From an uncultured bacterium (GTDB taxonomy: Bacteria; Myxococcota_A; UBA796): a stretch of DNA of 40,697 nucleotides. The notes under the pieces are model-generated. The model was not told the DNA's origin. It ran no database searches and saw only the letters and a program-made list of their open reading frames with translations. Shown here piece after piece: positions 23,935 through 33,350 of this stretch. Within the stretch, counting starts at the first letter, position 1; each line of letters begins with the position of its first letter. Location of the stretch: the NCBI GenBank assembly GCA_963932775.1, contig CAWVVG010000001.1:1-40697 (forward strand), given 5' to 3'. The position numbers and the translations under genes were made by a program.

Positions 23935-25295
23935 TTGCCCTCCTTCTCGGTCGCTGGTTCTTCTGTGGATGTGTCTTCATCTGCGGGGCCGATGTGAAGG
24001 ACGACGCGTCCCTTTCCAAGTCCCTTCGCTGCATCAGTAATGCTCTGTGTTGTCACGCTCATGAAGCGATTCAGGTCTTTGGCGATGTAGTCGGTGTCCC
24101 CAGTTTGCACGTAGTACTGGTTCAGTTGGTTCGCCTTGGCGGAAATGGTGCGCATTCGGCGGAAGAAGCTGGCCTCCCAGTTTGTCTTGGCGAGCGTGAC
24201 CTCATCTTCGGTGACGCCATTCTCTTGCACATCTGCGAGGACTCCATCGATGGCCTTCACCACTTCATCTGGGTCGATTCCTTCAGCAGCGGTGGCCTCG
24301 ATGACGTAGAAGCTTCCGAGCAACATTGAGACTTGGTATGCCTCGACGTCCTGAGCCAGTTGGCCCTGCTCGACAAGCGCTTGGTACAAGCGACTGTCTT
24401 TTCCGACACTCAGGGCACTGGACAAGGTGTCGAGGTCGGCATCCCCGGCCTGGTAGACACCAGGGGAGTGCCAGGCCAACCACACCTTGTTGTGAGGCAC
24501 ATCGTCGGTCTTGCGAATCACCAACTCTTCGGTGAGCACGGTAGGCTCCATCTCGAGAATGGGACTGGGCTGGGGACCGGAAGGCAGGCTGCCGAAGTAT
24601 TTCTCGACCAACTCTTTGGCCTGGGCAGGGTCGAAATCACCCGCGATGGACAAGGAAGCATTGTTGGGCAGATACCACTGACGGAAGAAGGCCTTCACAT
24701 CCTCAAGGTTCGCCGCATCGATGTCCTCATGCTTTCCGATCGTAGGAATGTGGTACGGGTGGCCATCTGGGTAGAGGTTCTCAAAGAGCCACCACCAGGT
24801 CATGCCGTAGGGTCGGTTCTCATAGCTCTGCCGGCGCTCGTTTCGAACGACCAACTTCTGGTTGTCCAGCTTCTCTTGAGTGAGTGCAGGGAGCAGAAAG
24901 CCCATGCGGTCCGCTTCCAGCCACAACGCCAGCGGCAGTTGCTCGGAAGGAACTCCCTCGTAGTAGTTTGTGCGGTCCATATTGGTCGTGCCGTTGATCT
25001 GGGCACCGATGCGCTGCAGCGGAGCGAAATATTCGCCATCCATGTGCTCGGAGCCTTGGAACATCAAGTGTTCAAAGAGGTGGGCAAAGCCCGACCGTCC
25101 CTCTACCTCATCCTTTGCTCCCACTCGATACCAGATATTGGTCTGTACGAATGGAACCGAGTGGTCTTCACTCAGGATGACATGAAGTCCGTTCTCTAGA
25201 TCGTATTCCTCGAAGGGAATCGTGATGGTGTCGGTATCTTGGGCGGTCTCGGCATAGGCGCCGAGGACAAGGCCCAGCAAGGCTGTTGTAAGCAC
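23931..25295 (-). CDS. M16-family (pitrilysin/insulinase) zinc peptidase
   Basis: 454 aa with a signal peptide. Has GFAHLFEHLMFQGSEH (HxxEH) and NGTTNMDRTNYYE downstream. Its stop overlaps the partner ATG (ATGA). Confidence 0.9.
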   Translation of the reverse strand: MLTTALLGLVLGAYAETAQDTDTITIPFEEYDLENGLHVILSEDHSVPFVQTNIWYRVGAKDEVEGRSGFAHLFEHLMFQGSEHMDGEYFAPLQRIGAQINGTTNMDRTNYYEGVPSEQLPLALWLEADRMGFLLPALTQEKLDNQKLVVRNERRQSYENRPYGMTWWWLFENLYPDGHPYHIPTIGKHEDIDAANLEDVKAFFRQWYLPNNASLSIAGDFDPAQAKELVEKYFGSLPSGPQPSPILEMEPTVLTEELVIRKTDDVPHNKVWLAWHSPGVYQAGDADLDTLSSALSVGKDSRLYQALVEQGQLAQDVEAYQVSMLLGSFYVIEATAAEGIDPDEVVKAIDGVLADVQENGVTEDEVTLAKTNWEASFFRRMRTISAKANQLNQYYVQTGDTDYIAKDLNRFMSVTTQSITDAAKGLGKGRVVLHIGPADEDTSTEEPATEKEGK

Positions 25296-25368
25296 TGATC
25301 CTCCCGGTATGGTTGGGCAGTTCGTCTATCGGTTTTGCCCGAGGACAGCACCCGTGAAGACTGCTTTC

Positions 25369-26589
<1,221 letters not shown>

Positions 26590-26653
26590 TGTACAGGACG
26601 GAGCGAAAGAACCGAAGGGTTCGCCATTGTGTTCGAAACAGAGTGAACCCGGA

Positions 26654-27469
26654 TCAGCCTTGGTACCGAGGCCTATGGGCGTACACATTGGAGAGCTTGG
26701 TGTGGACCAAGGCCTCTTCCTTTTCAGTCACGATCTCGGTGAGTCCATGTTGGAGCAGCAACGCCTCAATACGGGCGAGACGTCCATCGATATCGTGGAC
26801 CTCAACCACCACCTGATCGACGGCTTTCCAGTGGTCCTCGGTCAGGCCCAAAAGGGCTTCTTCTTCAGCACCTTCACAGTCGATCTTGAGCAGATCGATT
26901 TGGTCGACCTTTAACTCTATGATCATCTCAGAGAGTGTTCGGAGCTCGCACTGAACCTCGATCGGGGCGTGGGTCAACCACCGGGCGATGGGACCGGCCA
27001 ATATGCGTGGTACGAACTTCGCGTACCACATGGGTGCGCTCTGGGCATTTCCAACCACAGCCTCCTCCAGCGCACCGGCCTGCCCATCCCAGTCCGTCAG
27101 GTGGGCAGTCGAGAGGGATGGAGCGTTCGGATAGAAGGTGAAGGTGGTCTCCCCACGTGCGCGCGCGATTCCATATGGGAGCACTTGAGCCCCCTCCCAG
27201 GGCTCAAGGTTGAGCTCGGTACAGGCCCGAATGGTAGGGATAGGCTCGAAAGCGATGATCCGTAAGTCTCCGTCACAACGCTGAGCCATACGAACCCCGA
27301 ACATGCCGATATTCGCGCCCACATCGAACACCGTATCACCAGGTTTGACCTGGATACCGTGTTTCATATAGCCCTCAATATGCGAATCCAGGACCTTGGC
27401 TTCGGCTACTTTCAGGCAGTACACCTGTGTGCCGTCTCCCAACGTTGCGATCGTCATGCTCATAGCCAA
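26654..27469 (-). CDS. FkbM-family SAM-dependent methyltransferase
   Basis: 271 aa: VFDVGANIGMFG, IIAFEPIP, TTFTFY, IDLLKIDCEGAEEEAL. Confidence 0.85.
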   Translation of the reverse strand: MAMSMTIATLGDGTQVYCLKVAEAKVLDSHIEGYMKHGIQVKPGDTVFDVGANIGMFGVRMAQRCDGDLRIIAFEPIPTIRACTELNLEPWEGAQVLPYGIARARGETTFTFYPNAPSLSTAHLTDWDGQAGALEEAVVGNAQSAPMWYAKFVPRILAGPIARWLTHAPIEVQCELRTLSEMIIELKVDQIDLLKIDCEGAEEEALLGLTEDHWKAVDQVVVEVHDIDGRLARIEALLLQHGLTEIVTEKEEALVHTKLSNVYAHRPRYQG

Positions 27470-27585
27470 AGTTCCCCCACGAGCCCCACCCTACATTGGC
27501 TCGAAGAGAAATAAAAATGAGGGGATGATCGAAATTTAGCTGAAGGTCGGTATTCGCCTGACCGACAGGGTGTTCGGAGGCATCC

Positions 27586-29973
27586 ATGAGCAGTATTTCT
27601 TTATGTGTAATAGCGCGGGACACCGCACCTTCTCTTCCTGACTGTATACGGTCCGCCGAGACATTGGTGAATGAGGTCATAGTCCTCGACTCGGGCCGCT
27701 TAAACGGCTCAGGCGATTGGGCTGTGAGCAATGGTGCCAAGATGATTCCGTATCAGTGGACCGGTAACGTCGCTGAAGCGAGAACCGCCGCGGTACGTCA
27801 TGCGACGGGTGATTGGGTCTTGGTGTTGGATGCAGACGAGGCACTCGCACCGGGGTCGGCTGAGGTCATTCGTGAAGCCTTGAACCGAGGTGGCATGGAC
27901 TGTGGGTTCTTGCCGCTGCTTCGGGACTGTGGCCTGGACCAGGCGATTGACAGTGCGCCGCGTCTGATGCGTCGAAGCATTGATCTTCACTGGGATGAAG
28001 ACGATGGAGAAAGTGTGAGCTCATGGATTGCCATGCGTGCTCGCCGGGTCCGTAGCATCGATGCCCCCATCGTTAAGGTGGCTGCAGTTGCTCCGGTGGC
28101 CTCGGTGCCCGCTGCACACAAGGACGAAACAATTTTTGAGGTTCCTACGGGCGAGTTGTTCTCGGCCCCAGGTGCGGTTCAGGTGAGTACACAGGCTGTG
28201 ATAGAGGCCGACACTCAGCCGTTCGATCCGGTCGCTGTACTCCTCGGAGACGCGTGGGAGCATTACCACGCGGACAACCTCGATGGTGCGTGGGCCGCAG
28301 TCGAAAATATTTGGGGCCAGATCGAGTCAGACCATCCGGACTTGGTCCAAGTGGCGACCCTTCGGGCTCACATCAAGATTCTCGGTGGGGAATACCGTGA
28401 GGCACTCGAGAGCATTGGTCGGGTATTGGAGTGGGGCATTCATCATCCAAATATGGACATGCTTCAAGGTGTAGTGGCAGAGAATACCGCCATGACATCC
28501 GTAAACTATGCCCATCATCATCAGTGCCTGGAGCGCGCCGAGGCTGCTTTTAGTGCATGCATTGGGTACTCATCCGAGATCAGCGCCCAAGACAGTCTTC
28601 CGGGCGTCACAACCTGGGGAGCGAACACCCGCTTGGGGACCGTTCGACTGGCCCGTGGGGATGTGGATGGAGCTCGGCTCGCATTCGAAGCGGCCCTTGA
28701 AGCAGACCCGGAGCATGCTGAAGCATCTCTTGGGTTGATGGAGTGCAAGCTGGAATCTGGCGACGCGGCTTCGATCATGGCCCCACTTGTGGAGTACATG
28801 GAAGCAAACTTGGCCGATGCGTGGATGTTGGCCGCCGCTGCTTGCGAGGAACTGGGCTCAGTTGAAGATGCCTTGTTGTTCACGAAACGGGCCAACGAGC
28901 TTCACGAGGGTGGACTTCAAGCCTCGGCACATCGGAACTTCCGTATGGCTGACTTGTTCGCCATGTCGGGCTTGTATGAGGGAAAGGCCATCGCAGGACC
29001 CGGGCCGTGGGGAGCGATCGGCGCCATCGTGTCACGCCAACCATTGCCGGCCCTTGCCTCGCCTCGCCCTGTCGATGGACCCAAGGTGGTTCGGTTTGTC
29101 ACTCATTGTGTGGCCGCCGGCTGGCCCGACATTATCGGCACCATGCTGGAACCCCGAGCCGACCAGGTGGCGCCCGGCATCAGCGAGTTGGTTCGCCGTA
29201 CGCTTCAAGCCCTTGGCGCTGAAGCTGAAGAGCAGACGTCACAGACTCCGGTGTTTCTTGGTGGAACCTGGGACTCAGGGAGTCGAACGCTCCAAGGCAT
29301 GCTGGACAGTCACAGTCGTCTCGAAGCCGGAGAAGAAACCAAGCTTATTCCCATCATGTGCTCACTGCGCAACGAATGGTGGAGTGGCATGGCCCTGGAC
29401 TTGGAGGCCGCAGGCATTGGAGAGAAGCAGCTCGATGGTGCGGTGAAAGCATTCATTGAGACCCTGATCTCCGGTGCGACCCCGAGTCCGGATCTTCGCT
29501 CTGTAGAGACCACACCCCACACGCTCCTTCATATGAGCACGATGGCATCGATCTTTCCGGCGGCTCGTTTTATTCACGTGGTCCGAGATGGACGCGACGT
29601 TGTGGCCAGCTTGCTTGAGCGCGACTGGATGGACCCGTCCACCGGAGAAAAGGTCTGGTGTTGTCAGACACCCAAGGCCGCTGCCGAGTACTGGGTTCAT
29701 GTGGTCGATGCGATTCGCGAACAAGGAGCCCGCATTCCCGGACGGTATCTCGAGGTGCAATATTCTGAGCTTATCGAACACCCAGAAGCGGTGATGCGGA
29801 TTGTGATGGCCTTCCTTGGCGAACGCTGGGAAGCGGCTGTGCTGGACAACATCGTCGAGCAGTCTGAGGCTGCGATGCAGAACGAAGAAATGATCGACCG
29901 GATCATCGACGACACGCCCCGATACATTCCGCCGGAGCCGGTGTTGGAGCCCGATCACATTTCGGCCAAATAG
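27586..29973 (+). CDS. multidomain protein: GT2-like glycosyltransferase N-domain, TPR region, C-terminal sulfotransferase domain
   Basis: 795 aa with a GGAGG RBS. N-terminus: ISLCVIARDTAPSLPDCIRSA...VIVLDSG...ARTAAVRHATGDWVLVLDADEAL (GT2 with a DxD-type DADE). The middle is TPR-like and helical. C-terminus: VFLGGTWDSGSRTL (5'-PSB-like), RFIHVVRDGRDVVAS (3'-PB-like), YLEVQYSELIEHPEAVMRIVMAFLG. Confidence 0.8.
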   Translation: MSSISLCVIARDTAPSLPDCIRSAETLVNEVIVLDSGRLNGSGDWAVSNGAKMIPYQWTGNVAEARTAAVRHATGDWVLVLDADEALAPGSAEVIREALNRGGMDCGFLPLLRDCGLDQAIDSAPRLMRRSIDLHWDEDDGESVSSWIAMRARRVRSIDAPIVKVAAVAPVASVPAAHKDETIFEVPTGELFSAPGAVQVSTQAVIEADTQPFDPVAVLLGDAWEHYHADNLDGAWAAVENIWGQIESDHPDLVQVATLRAHIKILGGEYREALESIGRVLEWGIHHPNMDMLQGVVAENTAMTSVNYAHHHQCLERAEAAFSACIGYSSEISAQDSLPGVTTWGANTRLGTVRLARGDVDGARLAFEAALEADPEHAEASLGLMECKLESGDAASIMAPLVEYMEANLADAWMLAAAACEELGSVEDALLFTKRANELHEGGLQASAHRNFRMADLFAMSGLYEGKAIAGPGPWGAIGAIVSRQPLPALASPRPVDGPKVVRFVTHCVAAGWPDIIGTMLEPRADQVAPGISELVRRTLQALGAEAEEQTSQTPVFLGGTWDSGSRTLQGMLDSHSRLEAGEETKLIPIMCSLRNEWWSGMALDLEAAGIGEKQLDGAVKAFIETLISGATPSPDLRSVETTPHTLLHMSTMASIFPAARFIHVVRDGRDVVASLLERDWMDPSTGEKVWCCQTPKAAAEYWVHVVDAIREQGARIPGRYLEVQYSELIEHPEAVMRIVMAFLGERWEAAVLDNIVEQSEAAMQNEEMIDRIIDDTPRYIPPEPVLEPDHISAK

Positions 29974-30002
29974 TCCCACCAAACCTTAAAGTAAAACAAA
30001 AA

Positions 30003-30030
30003 GTAAGCTCTTGCCTTGTCAAGAGCTTAC
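30003..30030. terminator. perfect 11-bp stem hairpin after the GT2-TPR-sulfotransferase gene
   Basis: GTAAGCTCTTG (30003-30013), loop CCTTGT, CAAGAGCTTAC (30020-30030). The A-rich tract lies upstream (29992-30002) and no T-tract lies downstream, so the geometry suits the minus strand better than the + strand. Confidence 0.45.
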
Positions 30031-30102
30031 TCACTTGGTAACGTCGAACTGACGAGGGCATGTTTCGAAGACTAGGCAGCCCGAAGATCAGGAGGCTGTA
30101 CC

Positions 30103-30567
30103 ATGCGAAGCATCAGAATAGGCGCTCTCTCTCTAGCGATGCTGGGTGCAGCCTGCGATCACAATCTGGATGAGATTGATGGCCATGTGCTTGGCAAGCC
30201 CGAGTCGGTGGTGTTTGCCCGGAATCAGAGCGGACACATCATGTTTGTGATGTCCGATCTCCCCAATCTATGCGAGGCCCTGGCTTCGGCTGATCCGCCC
30301 GCCATGGATGAGTACTGGGTCATGAGCAGCTGGACGAGGCTGGATGTGGATGCGCCGGGTGACTACGCGGCCGAGGCCTTTATCGCCGTGGCACAGAACC
30401 CAGCGACGGATGAGTACGAGACCGAATCCGGCTCCCTCAATGTCCAGCGCTTGGGTGTAGAGGTGATCAAGGGCAAGTTGGATCTCACCTTCCCCGGAAG
30501 TGAGCGGATCAAGGCCCATTTTACCGCTGAATTGTGTGATGAAGATCTCTTTGTTGGCATGTACTAA
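30103..30567 (+). CDS. hypothetical lipoprotein
   Basis: 154 aa with an AGGAGG RBS. MRSIRIGALSLAMLGAAC (lipobox). Confidence 0.65.
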   Translation: MRSIRIGALSLAMLGAACDHNLDEIDGHVLGKPESVVFARNQSGHIMFVMSDLPNLCEALASADPPAMDEYWVMSSWTRLDVDAPGDYAAEAFIAVAQNPATDEYETESGSLNVQRLGVEVIKGKLDLTFPGSERIKAHFTAELCDEDLFVGMY

Positions 30568-30578
30568 GGAGCTGCGCG

Positions 30579-31130
30579 ATGAAACATTTGTCATGGATTC
30601 CATTTCTGGCCGTGCTCTCTTGTGGCGCTGAGGACGGAGATCTCTCCAACTGTGCTCTTGAGGTGTCAGCCCCGGACCGAGTACCGACGGCCATTCTTCC
30701 GGACTGGGAGTCGGTCATCGTAATTGTCGATGCAAACACAGCGGGCAAGATAGGTGCGGAAGGCACCCCGGTTGAGGATGGAGGCTTTCGAGAACATATT
30801 CAGGCGTGGGACTGTCTTGACTTGAGTTGGTGGAGTCCCGCCGAGCCCAGAAAGGTGGTTCAGGTTTGGGGCGATGAAACCACCTGCACACTGTTTGAGC
30901 GGTCCATTGTGGAACTCTTTGATTGCGACTCTCACTCGGGTTCGGATGATGTGTACCGAGACCAAGATGCCGACGGATATTACACGACCGAAGGTGACTG
31001 CAATGACGTTGACGGGTTGATGTCGCCTGGTCTGTATGAAGTCTGTGACAACAAGGACAACAACTGTGATGGTCGCTCTGATGAGGATCTGGACTGTGAA
31101 GACATCGATGTCTTGGAAGGAAGTCTGTGA
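30579..31130 (+). CDS. lipoprotein with a MopE-type putative metal-binding Cys/Asp motif
   Basis: 183 aa with MKHLSWIPFLAVLSCG (lipobox). The C-terminus DQDADGYYTTEGDCNDVDGLMSPGLYEVCDNKDNNCDGRSDEDLDC matches the DxDxDG...DC(N/D)D...PG..E.CDg.DNdCDG..DE repeat common in myxobacterial secreted proteins. Confidence 0.7.
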   Translation: MKHLSWIPFLAVLSCGAEDGDLSNCALEVSAPDRVPTAILPDWESVIVIVDANTAGKIGAEGTPVEDGGFREHIQAWDCLDLSWWSPAEPRKVVQVWGDETTCTLFERSIVELFDCDSHSGSDDVYRDQDADGYYTTEGDCNDVDGLMSPGLYEVCDNKDNNCDGRSDEDLDCEDIDVLEGSL

Positions 31131-31142
31131 TAATGCTGAACC

Positions 31143-33350
31143 ATGCCAACACCGCCAGCTTCTCCGCAATTTGAACTGACTACGGACTCCCGTGGGGGCA
31201 TCTTGCCTTCGCCAGTGCTCCTGAAGCAGTTTTGTGTGCTGTTCATGGCGATGACCACCATCCCTTTCTTCGCGGGGTGGCTTCTCTCGCCGCCCGAAAT
31301 GTTGTTTTCGTCAGCCGTGTTTACGGCGGTGTATCTGGCCCTCTTTATATGGTCTTGGTACCTCGCAACACGCGGCCGGGTTCGCCTGGGGACGCACATT
31401 CTCGTGGTGGGAAACTATCTGGGAATGGTCTCCATGCTCATCGTATCGGAGCAATTTGTAATTCCCGCGGTATCGGCCACATTTGGCATCCTGTTGGTCT
31501 CAGGGTTTCTTCTTCGTCACAGGGACGCGGTGATCGCGAGCACTATCTCCGCTTCGACGATCTTGACATTTACGTGGGCCCGCGCCGAAGGCTGGTTGCC
31601 GCCGAGCCTCATGATCCTGCCAGTCACGACGACCATCATTACTTACTGTACGACCTTTGTTTCAACGTGTTCATTGGTCTACCTGGGACTCGAACACCTC
31701 AACAATGTGGTGTTGTTGGCATGGGAGAACAAGGTAAAGCTTCATGAGTCGATTGAGGCCCTGAAGGTTGCCCGAGGAACCGAGGAGCGCCGAGCTGGTC
31801 GTGCTGAGAGGCTCGGCGCCATGGCACGCAGTCTCGTAGAGTTGCGTGAGGTAGAGGGCATTGCCCAAGAGGTCACGATTAGCCTTCGTGAGGCACTGGA
31901 TGCATCCATAGTCGTGGCGCTTGGTCGAGGTGGCCGCATGCTCGCCTCTGCTGGGCTGGGAGCGAGCGAGCCGCCAGTTTCGATGTTGACTGAGCGCATC
32001 GACCGCCTGGTGGCCGACGAAAACTTTATCGTACTTGACTCCGCGATTTTGAAGCAATGTGCGGAAGATCTCTCATTGGACCACCTCGAGGTGGGTCTGG
32101 CGGCCCGTTGCTCTCACACAGCAGTCACCATTCTGGTTTTTGGGGCCGACAAAAGTGCCCTGGGTAGGGGTGAAGGCGGATGGTCTCTCCAGGCAGCAGT
32201 AAACATCATGGACGGTACGATCATCCGACATGAGTCGGAACGGCGGTTCGTTCAGTCTCAGCAAATGGATGCTGTCGGCCGCCTCTCCGCAGGGATTGCA
32301 CATGAGTTCAACAACTTGTTGACCACCATCATGGGCTGCATTGAATTGGTTGAGCACCAAGTGCAGGTCGACGATCCGGTGCGTGGGCACCTTCGGCGAA
32401 TCCAAGCTGCTGGCAAGCGGGCTGAATCGCTGACTTCACAGCTGATGTCTTTCACGCATGGAGAATCTCGCTCTCCGGAAACACTGGAGGTGGGTGGCTT
32501 CCTCGCCAGCCTGATTCCAATGTATCGGCGAACCATTGAGGAGAGCATTCAGGTTGAATTTCACGAGATGGAGGAAAAAGCTTGGGTCACCTTAGTTCCC
32601 AGCGAATTGGAGCGGATTCTGTTCAATCTGTTGGCCAATGCCCGGGATGCACTCGGTGATCACGGCCGCATTGATATTGGCGTCGAAGTACGCAACGATG
32701 GAGGCGAGGGCCTGAGTCGCCTTGGCGATGTGGTGATTTGGATTCAGGACAACGGCGATGCCATGGAGGCTGAGATCCTGTCTCGGGTGCTTGAGCCATT
32801 CTTCACCCTGCGAGAAGGGAAAGGGTCGGTTGGGCTCGGGCTTTCAATCGTTTCCAGTGCTGTTGAAGCGAGCGGTGGTGAGCTGTTTGTAGACAGTACA
32901 AAGGAGTCTGGCACCTGTTTCGAGATACACTTTCCAGTCAAAGCCGAGCCTGTATCGGCCCCTGTTTCGCCACGCAGCCCCGTTGCTGAGGGCCGCTTGG
33001 TGTTGGTGGTCGAGGATGATTCGGAAGTCAGGGAAACCCTGTGTGAGATGTTGACGCTCTTGGGGTATGGCGTTGTATCGGTCGGGACGGGCATACAGGC
33101 ATTGAAAGAATTGGCTTCTAGTCAACATTTTTCAATGGTCTTGTCCGACATTGTCATGCCAGAAATGGGCGGTTTTGAGTTGGTCGCCCAGATGGCTGCC
33201 GCCGGTATTTCTGTGCCCATTGTTCTGATCAGTGGGTACGCCCCTGGCGATGTTCTACCCGATGTGGATACCTCAGATATTCAGCGCCTGAGCAAGCCGT
33301 TCACACTCGGAGCGCTTCGGGCTGTGCTGGCCAGCAACATGACGGCCTAA
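31143..33350 (+). CDS. hybrid sensor histidine kinase / response regulator
   Basis: 735 aa. Has N-terminal multi-TM helices and a GAF-like middle. HisKA H-box GRLSAGIAHEFNNLLTTIMG. HATPase N/G boxes LLANARDAL, IQDNGDAM, GLGLSIV. C-terminal REC LVLVVEDDSEVRE...VLSDIVMPEMGG...KPF. An alternative start is ATG 31245. Confidence 0.9.
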   Translation: MPTPPASPQFELTTDSRGGILPSPVLLKQFCVLFMAMTTIPFFAGWLLSPPEMLFSSAVFTAVYLALFIWSWYLATRGRVRLGTHILVVGNYLGMVSMLIVSEQFVIPAVSATFGILLVSGFLLRHRDAVIASTISASTILTFTWARAEGWLPPSLMILPVTTTIITYCTTFVSTCSLVYLGLEHLNNVVLLAWENKVKLHESIEALKVARGTEERRAGRAERLGAMARSLVELREVEGIAQEVTISLREALDASIVVALGRGGRMLASAGLGASEPPVSMLTERIDRLVADENFIVLDSAILKQCAEDLSLDHLEVGLAARCSHTAVTILVFGADKSALGRGEGGWSLQAAVNIMDGTIIRHESERRFVQSQQMDAVGRLSAGIAHEFNNLLTTIMGCIELVEHQVQVDDPVRGHLRRIQAAGKRAESLTSQLMSFTHGESRSPETLEVGGFLASLIPMYRRTIEESIQVEFHEMEEKAWVTLVPSELERILFNLLANARDALGDHGRIDIGVEVRNDGGEGLSRLGDVVIWIQDNGDAMEAEILSRVLEPFFTLREGKGSVGLGLSIVSSAVEASGGELFVDSTKESGTCFEIHFPVKAEPVSAPVSPRSPVAEGRLVLVVEDDSEVRETLCEMLTLLGYGVVSVGTGIQALKELASSQHFSMVLSDIVMPEMGGFELVAQMAAAGISVPIVLISGYAPGDVLPDVDTSDIQRLSKPFTLGALRAVLASNMTA

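Noticed and set aside
23230-25199. + strand ORFs (23230-23922, 24333-25199) opposite the two M16 peptidase genes
   Set aside because: No motifs. The minus strand carries HxxEH and M16 fold signatures.
29362-29982. 206-aa minus-strand ORF inside the sulfotransferase-domain region
   Set aside because: It is antisense to clear sulfotransferase motifs and has no independent support.
30003-30030. Hairpin after the GT2-TPR-sulfotransferase gene as evidence of a minus-strand transcript or sRNA
   Set aside because: The geometry (A-tract upstream, no T-tract downstream) would suit minus-strand termination. There is no minus-strand gene to terminate, and I have no other evidence. I keep it only as a low-confidence terminator feature.
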